Positions 32,990 to 43,026 of a stretch of DNA of 64,000 nucleotides are shown piece by piece. Source of the stretch: Nematocida ausubeli (lineage: Eukaryota); NCBI RefSeq assembly GCF_000738915.1, contig NW_026515637.1, forward strand, positions 1 to 64,000. The letters run 5' to 3'. The notes beneath the pieces are model-generated. The model ran no database searches, was not told where the DNA came from, and saw only the letters and a list, made by a program, of their open reading frames with translations. The translations under genes and the position numbers were made by a program. Numbering within the stretch: position 1 is the stretch's first letter; each line of letters opens with the position of its first letter.

Positions 32990-33763
32990 ATGTTCAATGA
33001 AAAGACCGCAAAAACAATACTAACGGAAGGAAAGAAAGTCCTAATTACAACAAATACACAGAAGGAAATAGGCATAATTCTAGAAAAAAAGGAAAAAGCA
33101 ACGGAGTCCGCAAACACCATTACAATATACAAGGTGAAAACCGCAGCAGGTCTTATAAAATGGGTATCTTTGGCCGCGCTTGAAACACTTGACACTTCTA
33201 TAATGAGCGAAGAGACAGATCTTGAAATTGTTTGGCCCAAGATAACACTTTCCTCCGCATTTCAGGAGCTTCTTGTTCAAGAGAAAGAGACAATGCCCTT
33301 GTACAAAGAGCCTCCTGCAGTCAATCTTTCTGCAGACGAAATATTCACAATGTTCTACAACTCTGAAGTGTATATAAAACAGCAGTCGGTTGAGGAGATA
33401 AAAGAGATATTAAAAGGATTCAAGGAGGTATTCCTGTACTGCGTACATACATGTATTTTGTATAAAGAGGAAAGGGCATTCTACGAGGAGTATTTGTACC
33501 CAAAAACAACGAAAATTCTGCAAACGTACGGGCTTACGCATATTCTCCGAATGCTTCTTATTATGAGGCGAGTCCAGCCTACGCTGAACTTAAGCAGAGA
33601 ACACATGGAGTACATGGGCGAGTGCATCAGATCCTTTCTTTTTTTCCTGCAGATGAACGAGTCATCTCTTCTTGACAGCATAAAAGAAAACCGCGACCCA
33701 CAAGACGCTGCACCAGAGAACCACGTGCCCTGTGCTACTAGCTCAGATACAAGGCATGATTAA
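32990..33763 (+). CDS. EAF3: Eaf3/MRG15-like chromatin protein (degenerate chromo-barrel + MRG domain)
   Basis: MRG hallmarks LYKEER..YEE and YGLTHILRMLLIM (cf. YGAxHLLRLFVKL); N-terminal EGKKVL...Y.V...KWV barrel-like segment. Confidence 0.75.
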   Translation: MFNEKTAKTILTEGKKVLITTNTQKEIGIILEKKEKATESANTITIYKVKTAAGLIKWVSLAALETLDTSIMSEETDLEIVWPKITLSSAFQELLVQEKETMPLYKEPPAVNLSADEIFTMFYNSEVYIKQQSVEEIKEILKGFKEVFLYCVHTCILYKEERAFYEEYLYPKTTKILQTYGLTHILRMLLIMRRVQPTLNLSREHMEYMGECIRSFLFFLQMNESSLLDSIKENRDPQDAAPENHVPCATSSDTRHD

Positions 33764-34070
33764 ATGAGAAGCCAGTATATATCCCTACCACTCAATACAA
33801 AAGCACTAGGAAAACAGAAATCATCTGCTAGTTTTCTGTACTCCACGCTGCTGTCTATAAACACTAATCGTATATTTACCAACCAATTTTTCTTTCTGCC
33901 ATGCATGTGTATGTCTAATATAGACCTTTCTTCAAATCAATGCTGCAGTTTTTCACTCTGTACTAGTTAACCCTTATAAAAGATGCAGATAAACTCATAA
34001 ATAAATAGAATGCTTTGCGTAACTTCTTTATTTGACCAGCGGGTATCTAAAGTACACACATACTTCTGCT

Positions 34071-34544
34071 TTACTCTTCTTCTGTCTCTGATTCGTATTC
34101 ACTGTATATTCCTACCTCCTCCTTGTCTACGTGTATTGTCTTAAGATGGAATCCCTTATAAAGCTCTATTGGCTTTGCTTCTGTATACTTTACAAGGTCT
34201 TCAAATGCACATAGAAGAACCTCCCTCCACTTATCTGTTATACTTGATATGTTTACATGGTCTTTTTGGAACTTATGTATCATCCTTAGCTTTCGATTGT
34301 TCTCCATCTCAGAGAATAGCCTATTGGTCTCTACTGCTCGAAATTGATCAGAGTGCCTTCTGTTTATTTTCTTTACTACTGGGTCATTAGAAATCTTCTC
34401 CAACTCGTGAAACGCACTTTCAACCAGCGCAGGGCGCTCTTTAAAGTATGCATGCATGTTTGCTATATCTAGCGCCTGGCTTTCTACTGTGCCCACCGAC
34501 ATTCTCCGCGCACACTGCGGGTCTTTTTTGCTTGGCATTCCCAT
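34071..34544 (-). CDS. Sfr1/Mei5-like recombination mediator (157 aa), tentative
   Basis: C-terminal RKLRMIHKF...ISSITDKWREVLLCAFEDL...L..IHVD...VGIY follows the Sfr1/Mei5 pattern (coiled coil, L..LI.KWR...L..L, then LD..L.Y). Confidence 0.5.
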   Translation of the reverse strand: MGMPSKKDPQCARRMSVGTVESQALDIANMHAYFKERPALVESAFHELEKISNDPVVKKINRRHSDQFRAVETNRLFSEMENNRKLRMIHKFQKDHVNISSITDKWREVLLCAFEDLVKYTEAKPIELYKGFHLKTIHVDKEEVGIYSEYESETEEE

Positions 34545-34556
34545 TTGAATAAAAAA

Positions 34557-35189
34557 TTAGCAGCACCAGCTGTTTGAGGCTTTCATTGCTGCATCGTCCT
34601 CTAGGTTTATAATGTCTTGCTTTGGTGCGCTGTGTCTCTCTCCAGCACGGGTTTGGTATATTTTCTGTATAAGGGTTTCAAAGGCCTCCTGCACATTTAC
34701 GTCCGAAAGAGCTGATGTTTCTGTTAGCTGGTATCCCCCTATCTGCGCTGCCTCCCTAGCCTCCTGCAGAGACACCTGCCGCTTTTCATTTAGGTCGGTT
34801 TTGTTTCCAACCAAGGAAATGACCAGGCCGCTCTCTGAGTTGTCCTTCAGCTGCTTTATCCACTCTGTCCTTGCGTTGTCAAAGGTCTCCTTTCGGGATA
34901 TATCGTACACCACAATGGCCCCCACAGCTCCTCTGTAATATGCAGATGTAATTGCGCGGTATCTCTCCTGCCCTGCAGTATCCCAGATCTGCGCCTTTAT
35001 TTTCTTCCCGTTTACAACAAAGCACTTTGTGTCAAACTCTACGCCAATGGTGGACTTCGTGTTTGTGTTAAATCTGTTATGGGCCAGCCTTTCCAAAAGG
35101 TTAGTCTTTCCTACTCCACTGTCTCCAATCAAAACTATCTTGTATAGATATTCGTACTCCTGCTCTTCTCTGCGCATATTTACAAACAT
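34557..35189 (-). CDS. RAB11: Rab11/Ypt31-family small GTPase
   Basis: YEYLYKIVLIGDSGVGKTNLL, KSTIGVEF, WDTAGQERYRAITSAYYRGAVGA, GNKTDL, ETSAL, C-terminal CC. Confidence 0.95.
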   Translation of the reverse strand: MFVNMRREEQEYEYLYKIVLIGDSGVGKTNLLERLAHNRFNTNTKSTIGVEFDTKCFVVNGKKIKAQIWDTAGQERYRAITSAYYRGAVGAIVVYDISRKETFDNARTEWIKQLKDNSESGLVISLVGNKTDLNEKRQVSLQEAREAAQIGGYQLTETSALSDVNVQEAFETLIQKIYQTRAGERHSAPKQDIINLEDDAAMKASNSWCC

Positions 35190-36484
35190 TTATCCAGGCT
35201 ATAAGATAATCCATGGTTTCAGAGTGTTTGGTGTTTTTAAATGTTTCATATTCTGCACCCTCCTCTTTTTGCATGCGCTATTCCCCCAGTGAGGCTAGTA
35301 GCAGAAGAAGCATATTTTACCAACGGCACCACAGATACACATCACCAAGAAAACAATTGATTAAAATATGCGATGGCCAATAAAGTAGTGCTATTTGCAG
35401 TGCTGAGTGTTTATAAATAAATAGTGCTTTATTAAATAAAAAGATAAAACTAATTAAGAACAGCCAATACTCCAGAGCATAATTCATCTACTAATAGCTC
35501 ATACCGCATATCTTCTGCTTTTAGATCTGCCCAGAATAAAGCACACTTTTATATTTGCAAAAGACTAGTTGACAAACTACTCTATAGACAGAGAGGCATA
35601 AATAAAAACAAATTGAATGCAGGGTAATTTTTTCGCATTAAAATGAATCTTGTTGAAAGCCAATTGCACTATGCCAGTTGAAGAACACACAGCATGCATA
35701 AAGCAGCATAAGTCTCTTCTGGCTATAGTAAAAAAATAATACTGTCTTAAAGCATAGCTTTATTTCTTCAAATAATATACAGCGCCCAGTCCGAGTTGGC
35801 GCATAGCAGAGCTAATATACAGAATATATGCACTTCAGTGCACACTTGCTAATATTGAGAACTTGTCTTACAGAATCCCTTTTACTTCACCGAATATTTT
35901 CAAGTGTGCACTAGCACTTCCTTTAAAGATGTAAATACCTGAAAATGTACATCTTTGATGGCTCCTGTGAGTTCTACTTGAATAATATATAGTCTGTAAA
36001 AAGTTCATTAGATGCCTATACTACAAATAAAAAAGCTGCCTTAAATATAACAGAAGAGTTCTCATGAGCGCAGAGAGCTAATCTGGAACTGAAATATATA
36101 GAAAGCACAACAGCATAGTACAATTTGCATGCAACTCCATACCACATTGTATCATATGACCTTTCTACTTTTTGCACACCACGCCCCTCTAGTTCATATA
36201 CCGCGCAGATAAAATTTTCATACTGCATGTCTCACTGAATAAGTGATATTTAGCATGAAAAAGCACTCTTTACACGATAACTGCGCAAACAGCAAGCCAA
36301 CAATCCTCTTTGTCACTTTGTAAGGCTAACATAAACAAACAATCTAGAACTCCACTTACTTGCAAGTCAGATATAACATATGGTTATTCATAAAGATTTA
36401 TTACTGAATTGCATACTCTCAGATAAAGCTATCTATACGATCTGAAGCTGCACGATGATAAATATCAGCAAGAAAAACCTTAAT

Positions 36485-36976
36485 TTACATTGCATTGTTG
36501 GTGTTTAGAACAGTGCAGGAAAGATGAGCCAAGACCCATAATGGCTCTTCCTCCTTCTCTCCTGTGTAGATTGTTGCCTCCCTAGACTCTTTAATTTTCT
36601 CTTCTTCCTGAATAACGTGCTTCATTTTCTGCCTTTGGTTCTGAAACCATATTTGCACAGTTCTTGGCCGCATTCCCAGTGAAGAGGAAATTGAGAGACG
36701 GGCTTCAGATGATGGGAAGGGGTTAATCTGAAAGTATCTTCTAAGTGATTCATTTTGAACAGGCGTCATGACAGTTCTCACTCTCTTCTTATATATCTCC
36801 CCGTTTGGCAGAATGTACGGCCTGTCTCCTAGAATTGATTCTTGTGTATTTCTCCAGAGGCCTTCCTCACGGGGGGAAATGCTTTCTTCTGAGGAATTTA
36901 CAATGCTGTAGTCACACATGCTTTCGCTAGAGTCTCCCTCTGCTCTTCTTCTGCTCTCTTCGTTCTTGATGTTCAT
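36485..36976 (-). CDS. Homeodomain transcription factor (163 aa)
   Basis: KKRVRTVMTPVQ...F..NPFPS...R..IS..LGM..RTVQIWFQNQRQKMK (Q50 homeodomain). Confidence 0.93.
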   Translation of the reverse strand: MNIKNEESRRRAEGDSSESMCDYSIVNSSEESISPREEGLWRNTQESILGDRPYILPNGEIYKKRVRTVMTPVQNESLRRYFQINPFPSSEARLSISSSLGMRPRTVQIWFQNQRQKMKHVIQEEEKIKESREATIYTGEKEEEPLWVLAHLSCTVLNTNNAM

Positions 36977-38865
36977 AATCTATTGTATATTATTACAGAT
37001 ATATTTATATCTACATAAGCCAATTATTAAATGCAGGCCCAAACAAAAAATCTAGAATTAAACCAACAGATTTCACATATCTGAGACCGTTTCTCTAAAT
37101 TCCAACACACACGCTGCCCAATTAATAAAGTGTAGAGCAGTAATGCATCTGTCAGACAAAGAACTCTGCAGAGCTTTCTCCAAAAGAATCACCAATATCC
37201 TTTTATTCTATTTGGTTTCTTTATTTATTAAACATAAAGCCTTTTCGTGTGTTTATAATACTAGAGATCTTTGAATGCTGATTTTCTTGCATGTTATATC
37301 CTACACAACCATTGTAAGCTATGCATTCTGCATTGCTAAACATGCATAACAGCAAGTGTCGAATCGCCTGTCTTTTTGGGTGTGAGTTGAAATGGAGTTT
37401 GTTTCATGTTGTGCAGTGGTCCTGTGCTCTGTGTAGATGCAAATATTTTTGGCTTTCTTGATTTGATAAAAAGAAAGTCTTCTTAAATGTTTTCTTATTT
37501 TTTTAGAGTTACGCTTTGCATTCTTTTATTTATAGAACAGCTGCAATTATGGATACATAAAAATAAATTAAAAAGACAAAACACAAAATATTATGCATTG
37601 GAAACACGCAGGATGTGAAGAGTATAAAGCCTGTTAAGTATAAAGCCAGTGATTTAAAAGTATTCATATATGTTTAAATGACATATATATACTAAACTGG
37701 TGTACAGAATAAGTTAATTTTATATAAATATAGTGAATGGATCCTGCATAATATAGAAAACAAAGGGCTTTATTGGGAGACAGATGCTCGTAATTGAAAC
37801 AAAACTTGCCATTAATAAGATTCTAGAGTGCGCCTGCTCTAGAAGACATATGCACTATGCGCATTGTTGGGCAGAATAGTAATATCATTTAGCAGCAGAC
37901 ATATCGAATAAAATTCATCTATACAAAATGCCCAAGAAGAAGAAATAATACACAAATACTCATTATAAAATTAAAACAAATACTAGAGTAAATACACTTT
38001 GATATAACCCGATATAACAGAAAGAAAGTAATTGTCTCTACACCAGAGCACTATATGCTTGATTTTCGCATATGCTGTTATAAATCATATGGTCTCATAT
38101 TAAAAACTCAAAGCACTTAAATATGTTTGGAGTATAGGGGATAGTTCAACTGTTAAGATGTAATTTAAATTACTAGTAAAAGACCAAGATATTTTTTAAT
38201 TATAAGATCTTATACCGCATAGAATATACAATGATATAGACCCGATATAACCCTAGCACAATAAAACTCACACTTTACCCCAACCTCAAAAGCGATATTT
38301 AGTACAGACACTTATTCGCTTATGCTGTATGGTTTATGCTGTATGTGAAAGAATTGAAATGCAAATGAACAGAAGAAAATCTGTGCTTTGAGCTATTTCT
38401 TAACCTGCAGCCGAAGACACAAAAGTTTTATGGCTCCATATGGGAGAACATGGATGTTGATTTTGTCTACTTTCCTCGTACAGTATAGTCTTATATGTCT
38501 CCTCTCTGACAGGATCTTATTCAATAAATATCCGTTTCATTAAAAAAATAAGCTATGTCTTGAATATACAGAATATACAGAATTTTTCCAAATGGGTTTT
38601 TTGCAGAAAACAGTATATTTGCAGCAGGAAATAAATGCCTGGCTGACCAGAAAGCATTGAATAAGGCAGAAGTGCATGTAGCTAATACTTATTAGAGTTG
38701 CTTCTTCTAATTTTACACCCACAGCATGCCCATCTGGCATACTTATTCTTGTTTAGACCATCTGTTTAGTAATCAAAGCAATATATCTTCAGCAAGAATG
38801 AATTCAGCAGCCTTTCGTTATTCTGCACTATTTAAAACTTTCATTTTATTTTTTCGTAATTTCAC

Positions 38866-40440
38866 ATGGCATACCTCGGCAAAGAAACCCAAATTACGCA
38901 GGCAGGACAAGCCATCATTCTGAACACAGAAGCTATTTCGCAATTAAGCGCAACTATCAGAAATGGCCTGGGCCCAAATGGAGCAGTGAAGCTACTAATT
39001 ACTCCGGCCGGAGAGATACGCCTAGTCAAGGACGGGCTAAACCTTTTAAAAAATATCCAGCTGGCGCAGCCTGGAGCAGTTCTTCTGTCAAAAATGGTGT
39101 CTCAGCAGGGAGAGGAGTATGGAGACGGTGTGACTGCAGCAGTGATTCTCTCTGCGTCTATGCTGTCCAAGGCGCTTGAGTATATATACGAAGGGGTCCA
39201 CCCGCAGGTGCTTATCTCAGGCCTGGTCAAGAGAGAAAAGTTCATTCTGGAGACGCTAGACAGCCTAAAGGTTCCAATTGAAGACAGCAAAGACACAATT
39301 TACAAGCTAGCACACACTGCGCTGCGAACAAAGTTTTCGCCAAAGCAGGCTGCAAAGTACTCTGAGATTATTGTCTCTGCAGCAGAAACCGTTAGATTCC
39401 AGAACAAGACAGATCTAAAGATGCTGGAAATTGTAAAGATGGCGGATATAGATGCAGTAGAGCCGCTTCGAATTGTGCGAGGGCTTGTTATGGACCATGG
39501 AGGAAGGCACCCAATGATGCCCAAGAGGCTGCAGAATGTATTTATCCTATGCACCAACATTTCCTTTGAGTATGAAAAGCCAGAGCACAATGCACAGTTC
39601 TACTACAGAAGAACAGAGGACAAGCTTAAAATGGAGGAGGGAGAAAGGCGCATTATTATGCAGCGGATCCAAAAGGTTTTGGAGGTAATCCAGAAAGTTG
39701 CAATTGCAAACCAGCAGCAGAACCCACAGTTTATGATTATAACACAGAAAGGAATAGATCAGCATGCGCTCGAGATATTTGCTAAGTACAACATATTGGC
39801 GCTAAGAAGAGCAAAAAGAAAGAACATGGAAAGGCTGCAGCTTCTTACAGGGTGCACTCCTGTTGCAAGCATCCAGGAGCTGAACGAAAATGTTTTCGGG
39901 TTCGCAGGGCTTGTGCGAGAGGTTTCTATTGGAGACGACAAGTTTACCTTTGTTGAGAAAACCCCCTTCAACAAAACATGCACTCTTTTGGTGCAGGGAA
40001 TTTCGCCATACCAGATGGAGTATCTGGAAAGTGCTGTCAAGTCGGCTCTAAAGTCCATCTCCTGCGGTCTGTCTGACGGGTTTGTCCTTCCAGGTGGGTC
40101 CTCAACGTATTATAAGCTTGCAGAAGCGCTGGACTCAAACAACACAACAACAGAAGATTTTACCTCATATGGTGTGTGGAAGGCCGCTCTTATGTCAGTT
40201 CCAAAGACGCTCATAAAGAACTTGGGATACAACTCAGTAGAAATACTTTCAAAGATCAAGTCATCAGAGGCTGAGAATGCCACAATTAATATTTCAACTG
40301 GTGAGATAGGAAATGCGCTGGACATGGACATAATAGACAACTATGCTATTCTTAGAAATACGATTCAGTCTGCTGTTATTGTATCCACCAAAATTCTAAT
40401 GATTGATGAAATAATTAAGAGCGGAAAAGAAGTGAAATAA
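38866..40440 (+). CDS. CCT6: T-complex protein 1 zeta (CCT6)
   Basis: LGPNG..KLL, KDG..LL, GDGVT, GLVMDHGGRHPMMPK, NISFEYEKPE, ITQKGID, ILALRRAKRKNMERLQL: zeta-specific motifs. Confidence 0.93.
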   Translation: MAYLGKETQITQAGQAIILNTEAISQLSATIRNGLGPNGAVKLLITPAGEIRLVKDGLNLLKNIQLAQPGAVLLSKMVSQQGEEYGDGVTAAVILSASMLSKALEYIYEGVHPQVLISGLVKREKFILETLDSLKVPIEDSKDTIYKLAHTALRTKFSPKQAAKYSEIIVSAAETVRFQNKTDLKMLEIVKMADIDAVEPLRIVRGLVMDHGGRHPMMPKRLQNVFILCTNISFEYEKPEHNAQFYYRRTEDKLKMEEGERRIIMQRIQKVLEVIQKVAIANQQQNPQFMIITQKGIDQHALEIFAKYNILALRRAKRKNMERLQLLTGCTPVASIQELNENVFGFAGLVREVSIGDDKFTFVEKTPFNKTCTLLVQGISPYQMEYLESAVKSALKSISCGLSDGFVLPGGSSTYYKLAEALDSNNTTTEDFTSYGVWKAALMSVPKTLIKNLGYNSVEILSKIKSSEAENATINISTGEIGNALDMDIIDNYAILRNTIQSAVIVSTKILMIDEIIKSGKEVK

Positions 40441-41048
40441 ATATTCTTCTTGCTAGGCCAACTCAGTATTTGCCACTATGCGCTTGCATGCAGTGCTGAT
40501 TTTTGCTGCAGAACTTGCAGAAGTGGGCGCTATTTGCACAAGAAATAAAAGTATACGAAAAATCTACTTGGCTTGTTATACCGCATTTTTGAGCGTATAT
40601 GCATGCATAAAGGCGTCAGCTTTATCTTAATACAATCTTGCATATGCAAATGGAGTAGTGCAAGTTTTACTAAATGATACTTATATTCACTTTGGTTGAG
40701 TTCCAAGCATGCATTAAGTATTTTAAATAAATGCTCAGCATGCAATTGAAATATAGAGCTAAAAGAAAAAGCCTTCTGCTTTAGAAATTATTCATTTAGA
40801 AAAGTTTCTGCAATAAAATAGACACAGCTGAAAAGTGTATGTTCATTATAACTTATGCATATAACAGGCTTTATTCTTTGATAATCTTTTTGCAGGTTGA
40901 ATTTGTAAGGCGGCTCTTAGATGCAGTACTCCTTAGATATAGAGTTTTTTGTGCTATTTTAGCACTCGCTGAATTGGTTCTTAACCATGTGTTTGCTTAA
41001 GACATGCACTTTGAAGAACATGTATAGTAGGTATTTTACTTCTGTTTG

Positions 41049-42161
41049 CTAAGCTCTAGCAGTTAAACTTAGAAAGGATTCTTGCTGCTCTGGGCCTGTG
41101 GCATCATCCACACATTGGTGGGCTGTATCATTTATTTTTTCTGTTTGGTCTTTTGTTGGCTCATTTTTAAAAGCTAAGCTCTGGGCAGAGGATGACTTGG
41201 CTTGCTCCTTTTTCTTGCGCAATAAACATTCTTCTGTGCTATGCATGCAATAACGCCTGTGTATAGCACAAAACATTCTTTCCTTGTGAGGGTTGTGCAG
41301 AGTAGCAGTTACTATTGGTGTATCTCGTTTAGAATGCTCTCGCCCATTGTATTTTTTCTGCAGGTCCTCTATAAGTCTCTTCTCAATATCTTCAAGCAGA
41401 TTGACATATTCTTTGCAGGTCCTACAGGAAACATATAGGCTGTTTTGTACAGTTTCAGGGGTTAGGCCATCTAAAAAGGCTGCATAGACAAGCTCTTCGG
41501 TCTTCTCATCTGAGAAAGAGGAATCTTGATTCTTTAAGACTCTTCTCTGAACTGCTTCGTAGTAGTCCCGGATGAATAGAAAATTCTCCTGAAAAGGCGC
41601 TGCAAGGGCTGCAGAGCACTGCTTTCTCTCATAGAAACAGCACACAGCCTCCAGTAAGGAGTTTATATTAGTGTGGCCTTGCACTACCTCTTTTGCTTCA
41701 GTAGGTAGCAGGTACGAGATGAGGCCAATAGCGCTATCGTTTGGGCTATTATTAAGGTTTGCCATTTGGATGCCTTCTTGCACGTCTTGTCTCCACACTC
41801 GGATTTTTGTTTCAACCTCAGGAGTCACTCGCGGGAGCTTGATAGTTGTGCTGTAGCGCGCACATAGGCGTTCTGTCTTAATAAAGCTGCCTACCACCAC
41901 TTCTCGGTACTGGTACTTAATCTGAGCAATTTCTTCATACTTAATTGCAGCTCGGTCTTGAATTATTATCTGATTCCCTCCTTGGCTTTTTTGCTTAACC
42001 AATGAAGCCACTGTGATGTGCTGTATGGGCGGAAGTTCCTTGGTCTGAAAATAGTATCCCAATAGTGACTCCATCTTGCTTAGTGAAGAGCTTTTATTGC
42101 TCTTTTCAGAGTGTTGTTGACTTCGGCTCGTGCTGTGCGTTTGCAGTGGGCTTTCTTCCAT
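41049..42161 (-). CDS. Solo Ty3/Gypsy-type Gag (capsid + zinc-knuckle)-like protein
   Basis: Capsid-like blocks IRVWRQDV...W/A..LISYLL, FQENFLFIRDYYEAVQR (MHR-like Q...I.DY), AAFLDGLTPE and YVNLLEDIE; knuckle CAIHRRYCMHSTEEC (41226-41270); no protease or RT downstream. First in-frame ATG is at 42161. Confidence 0.65.
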   Translation of the reverse strand: MEESPLQTHSTSRSQQHSEKSNKSSSLSKMESLLGYYFQTKELPPIQHITVASLVKQKSQGGNQIIIQDRAAIKYEEIAQIKYQYREVVVGSFIKTERLCARYSTTIKLPRVTPEVETKIRVWRQDVQEGIQMANLNNSPNDSAIGLISYLLPTEAKEVVQGHTNINSLLEAVCCFYERKQCSAALAAPFQENFLFIRDYYEAVQRRVLKNQDSSFSDEKTEELVYAAFLDGLTPETVQNSLYVSCRTCKEYVNLLEDIEKRLIEDLQKKYNGREHSKRDTPIVTATLHNPHKERMFCAIHRRYCMHSTEECLLRKKKEQAKSSSAQSLAFKNEPTKDQTEKINDTAHQCVDDATGPEQQESFLSLTARA

Positions 42162-42631
42162 TTTGTCTTCTTGCAAATTGTCTTTGCATTTATACCCGAG
42201 GCCTGATTGAAAGCTTTGTTTAACTCCATCGCGATCATTTTATTTTGGATGCCCCTGCAATAGCAGGTGATCTCCAGAAGGACGATAATTTTACAGATGC
42301 ATTAATTTAGCAAATATCCATTGTAGTTCTATAGATAGATTAAATAAAACACAGGGATATTACTGTAGATCGATACAAAGGCAAGGGACTACGTTTCTCT
42401 GATTATTAGAACTCTAGGACCGTGGTGCAGTAAAAATAAAATATTAGTTGAAATCCCCTCCATTCAGATACTTATTCTACAACACAGAACAACAAAAGTT
42501 AAAAGAATAAGGCATTTTAAAGCATATGTTTAATTTAGCTAGACCACTAATAAGAACACAGAGAGGAATACTGGCAGTGCAAGGCAGTCAACTTATGATG
42601 CGGGTCCTCTCCAGATTAGTAAACTAGTGCA

Positions 42632-43009
42632 CTATACATTTTCACTAGTCAGCACGTTTTTAAGATATTTCATAACTATGTGCCAGTTTGACTCGCTTGA
42701 CTCACTGCTTGAATTTTCCCTATACATTTGCTCAATCTCCTTCTGTGTGTCGGCAGGAATGTCCATTGCATCCATGCAAGTGGCCGTGCTACTGTACCCA
42801 AGGATTGAGCACGTCACATCCTTTAGCTCTTTTTCATTCTGGATTATTATACCAATCACAAGCCTATTGTTGCTTGAGTCCTGAAACAGGGTGTACCCGT
42901 TCACTAGAACTGGCACTATTACTTTTTTTTCTTCTGTAATTGCAAAAGAGCATAAGTCCGTATGCGACGGCAATATTTTCACTCTCTGCGCTGGATTCAT
43001 TTTTTGCAT
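42632..43009 (-). CDS. Small hypothetical protein (~125 aa), divergent from RPS5
   Basis: ATG at 43009 (alternative 43000) preceded by GGGTGAATAAAAAA; protein-like composition; does not overlap the true RPS5 CDS. Confidence 0.55.
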   Translation of the reverse strand: MQKMNPAQRVKILPSHTDLCSFAITEEKKVIVPVLVNGYTLFQDSSNNRLVIGIIIQNEKELKDVTCSILGYSSTATCMDAMDIPADTQKEIEQMYRENSSSESSESNWHIVMKYLKNVLTSENV

Positions 43010-43026
43010 TTTTTTATTCACCCTGG
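43010..43026. promoter_or_regulatory. 17-bp bidirectional start region carrying one CCC/GGG signal
   Basis: TTTTTTATTCACCCTGG lies between two divergent ATGs. CCC-like/GGG-like motifs next to AT-rich tracts are the known microsporidian start-proximal signals. Confidence 0.55.

Noticed and set aside
40441..42630. Complete LTR retrotransposon around the Gag-like ORF
   Set aside because: No LTR pair, primer-binding site or pol ORF is visible, and there is too little space between CCT6 and the next gene.
42940..43026. N-terminal extensions from TTG/GTG starts (RPS5, both ABCGs, Cdc25, Elp1, Pus3)
   Set aside because: The ORF track allows bacterial start codons. In this eukaryote, homology begins at the downstream ATG, which has the typical AT-rich/CCC context.
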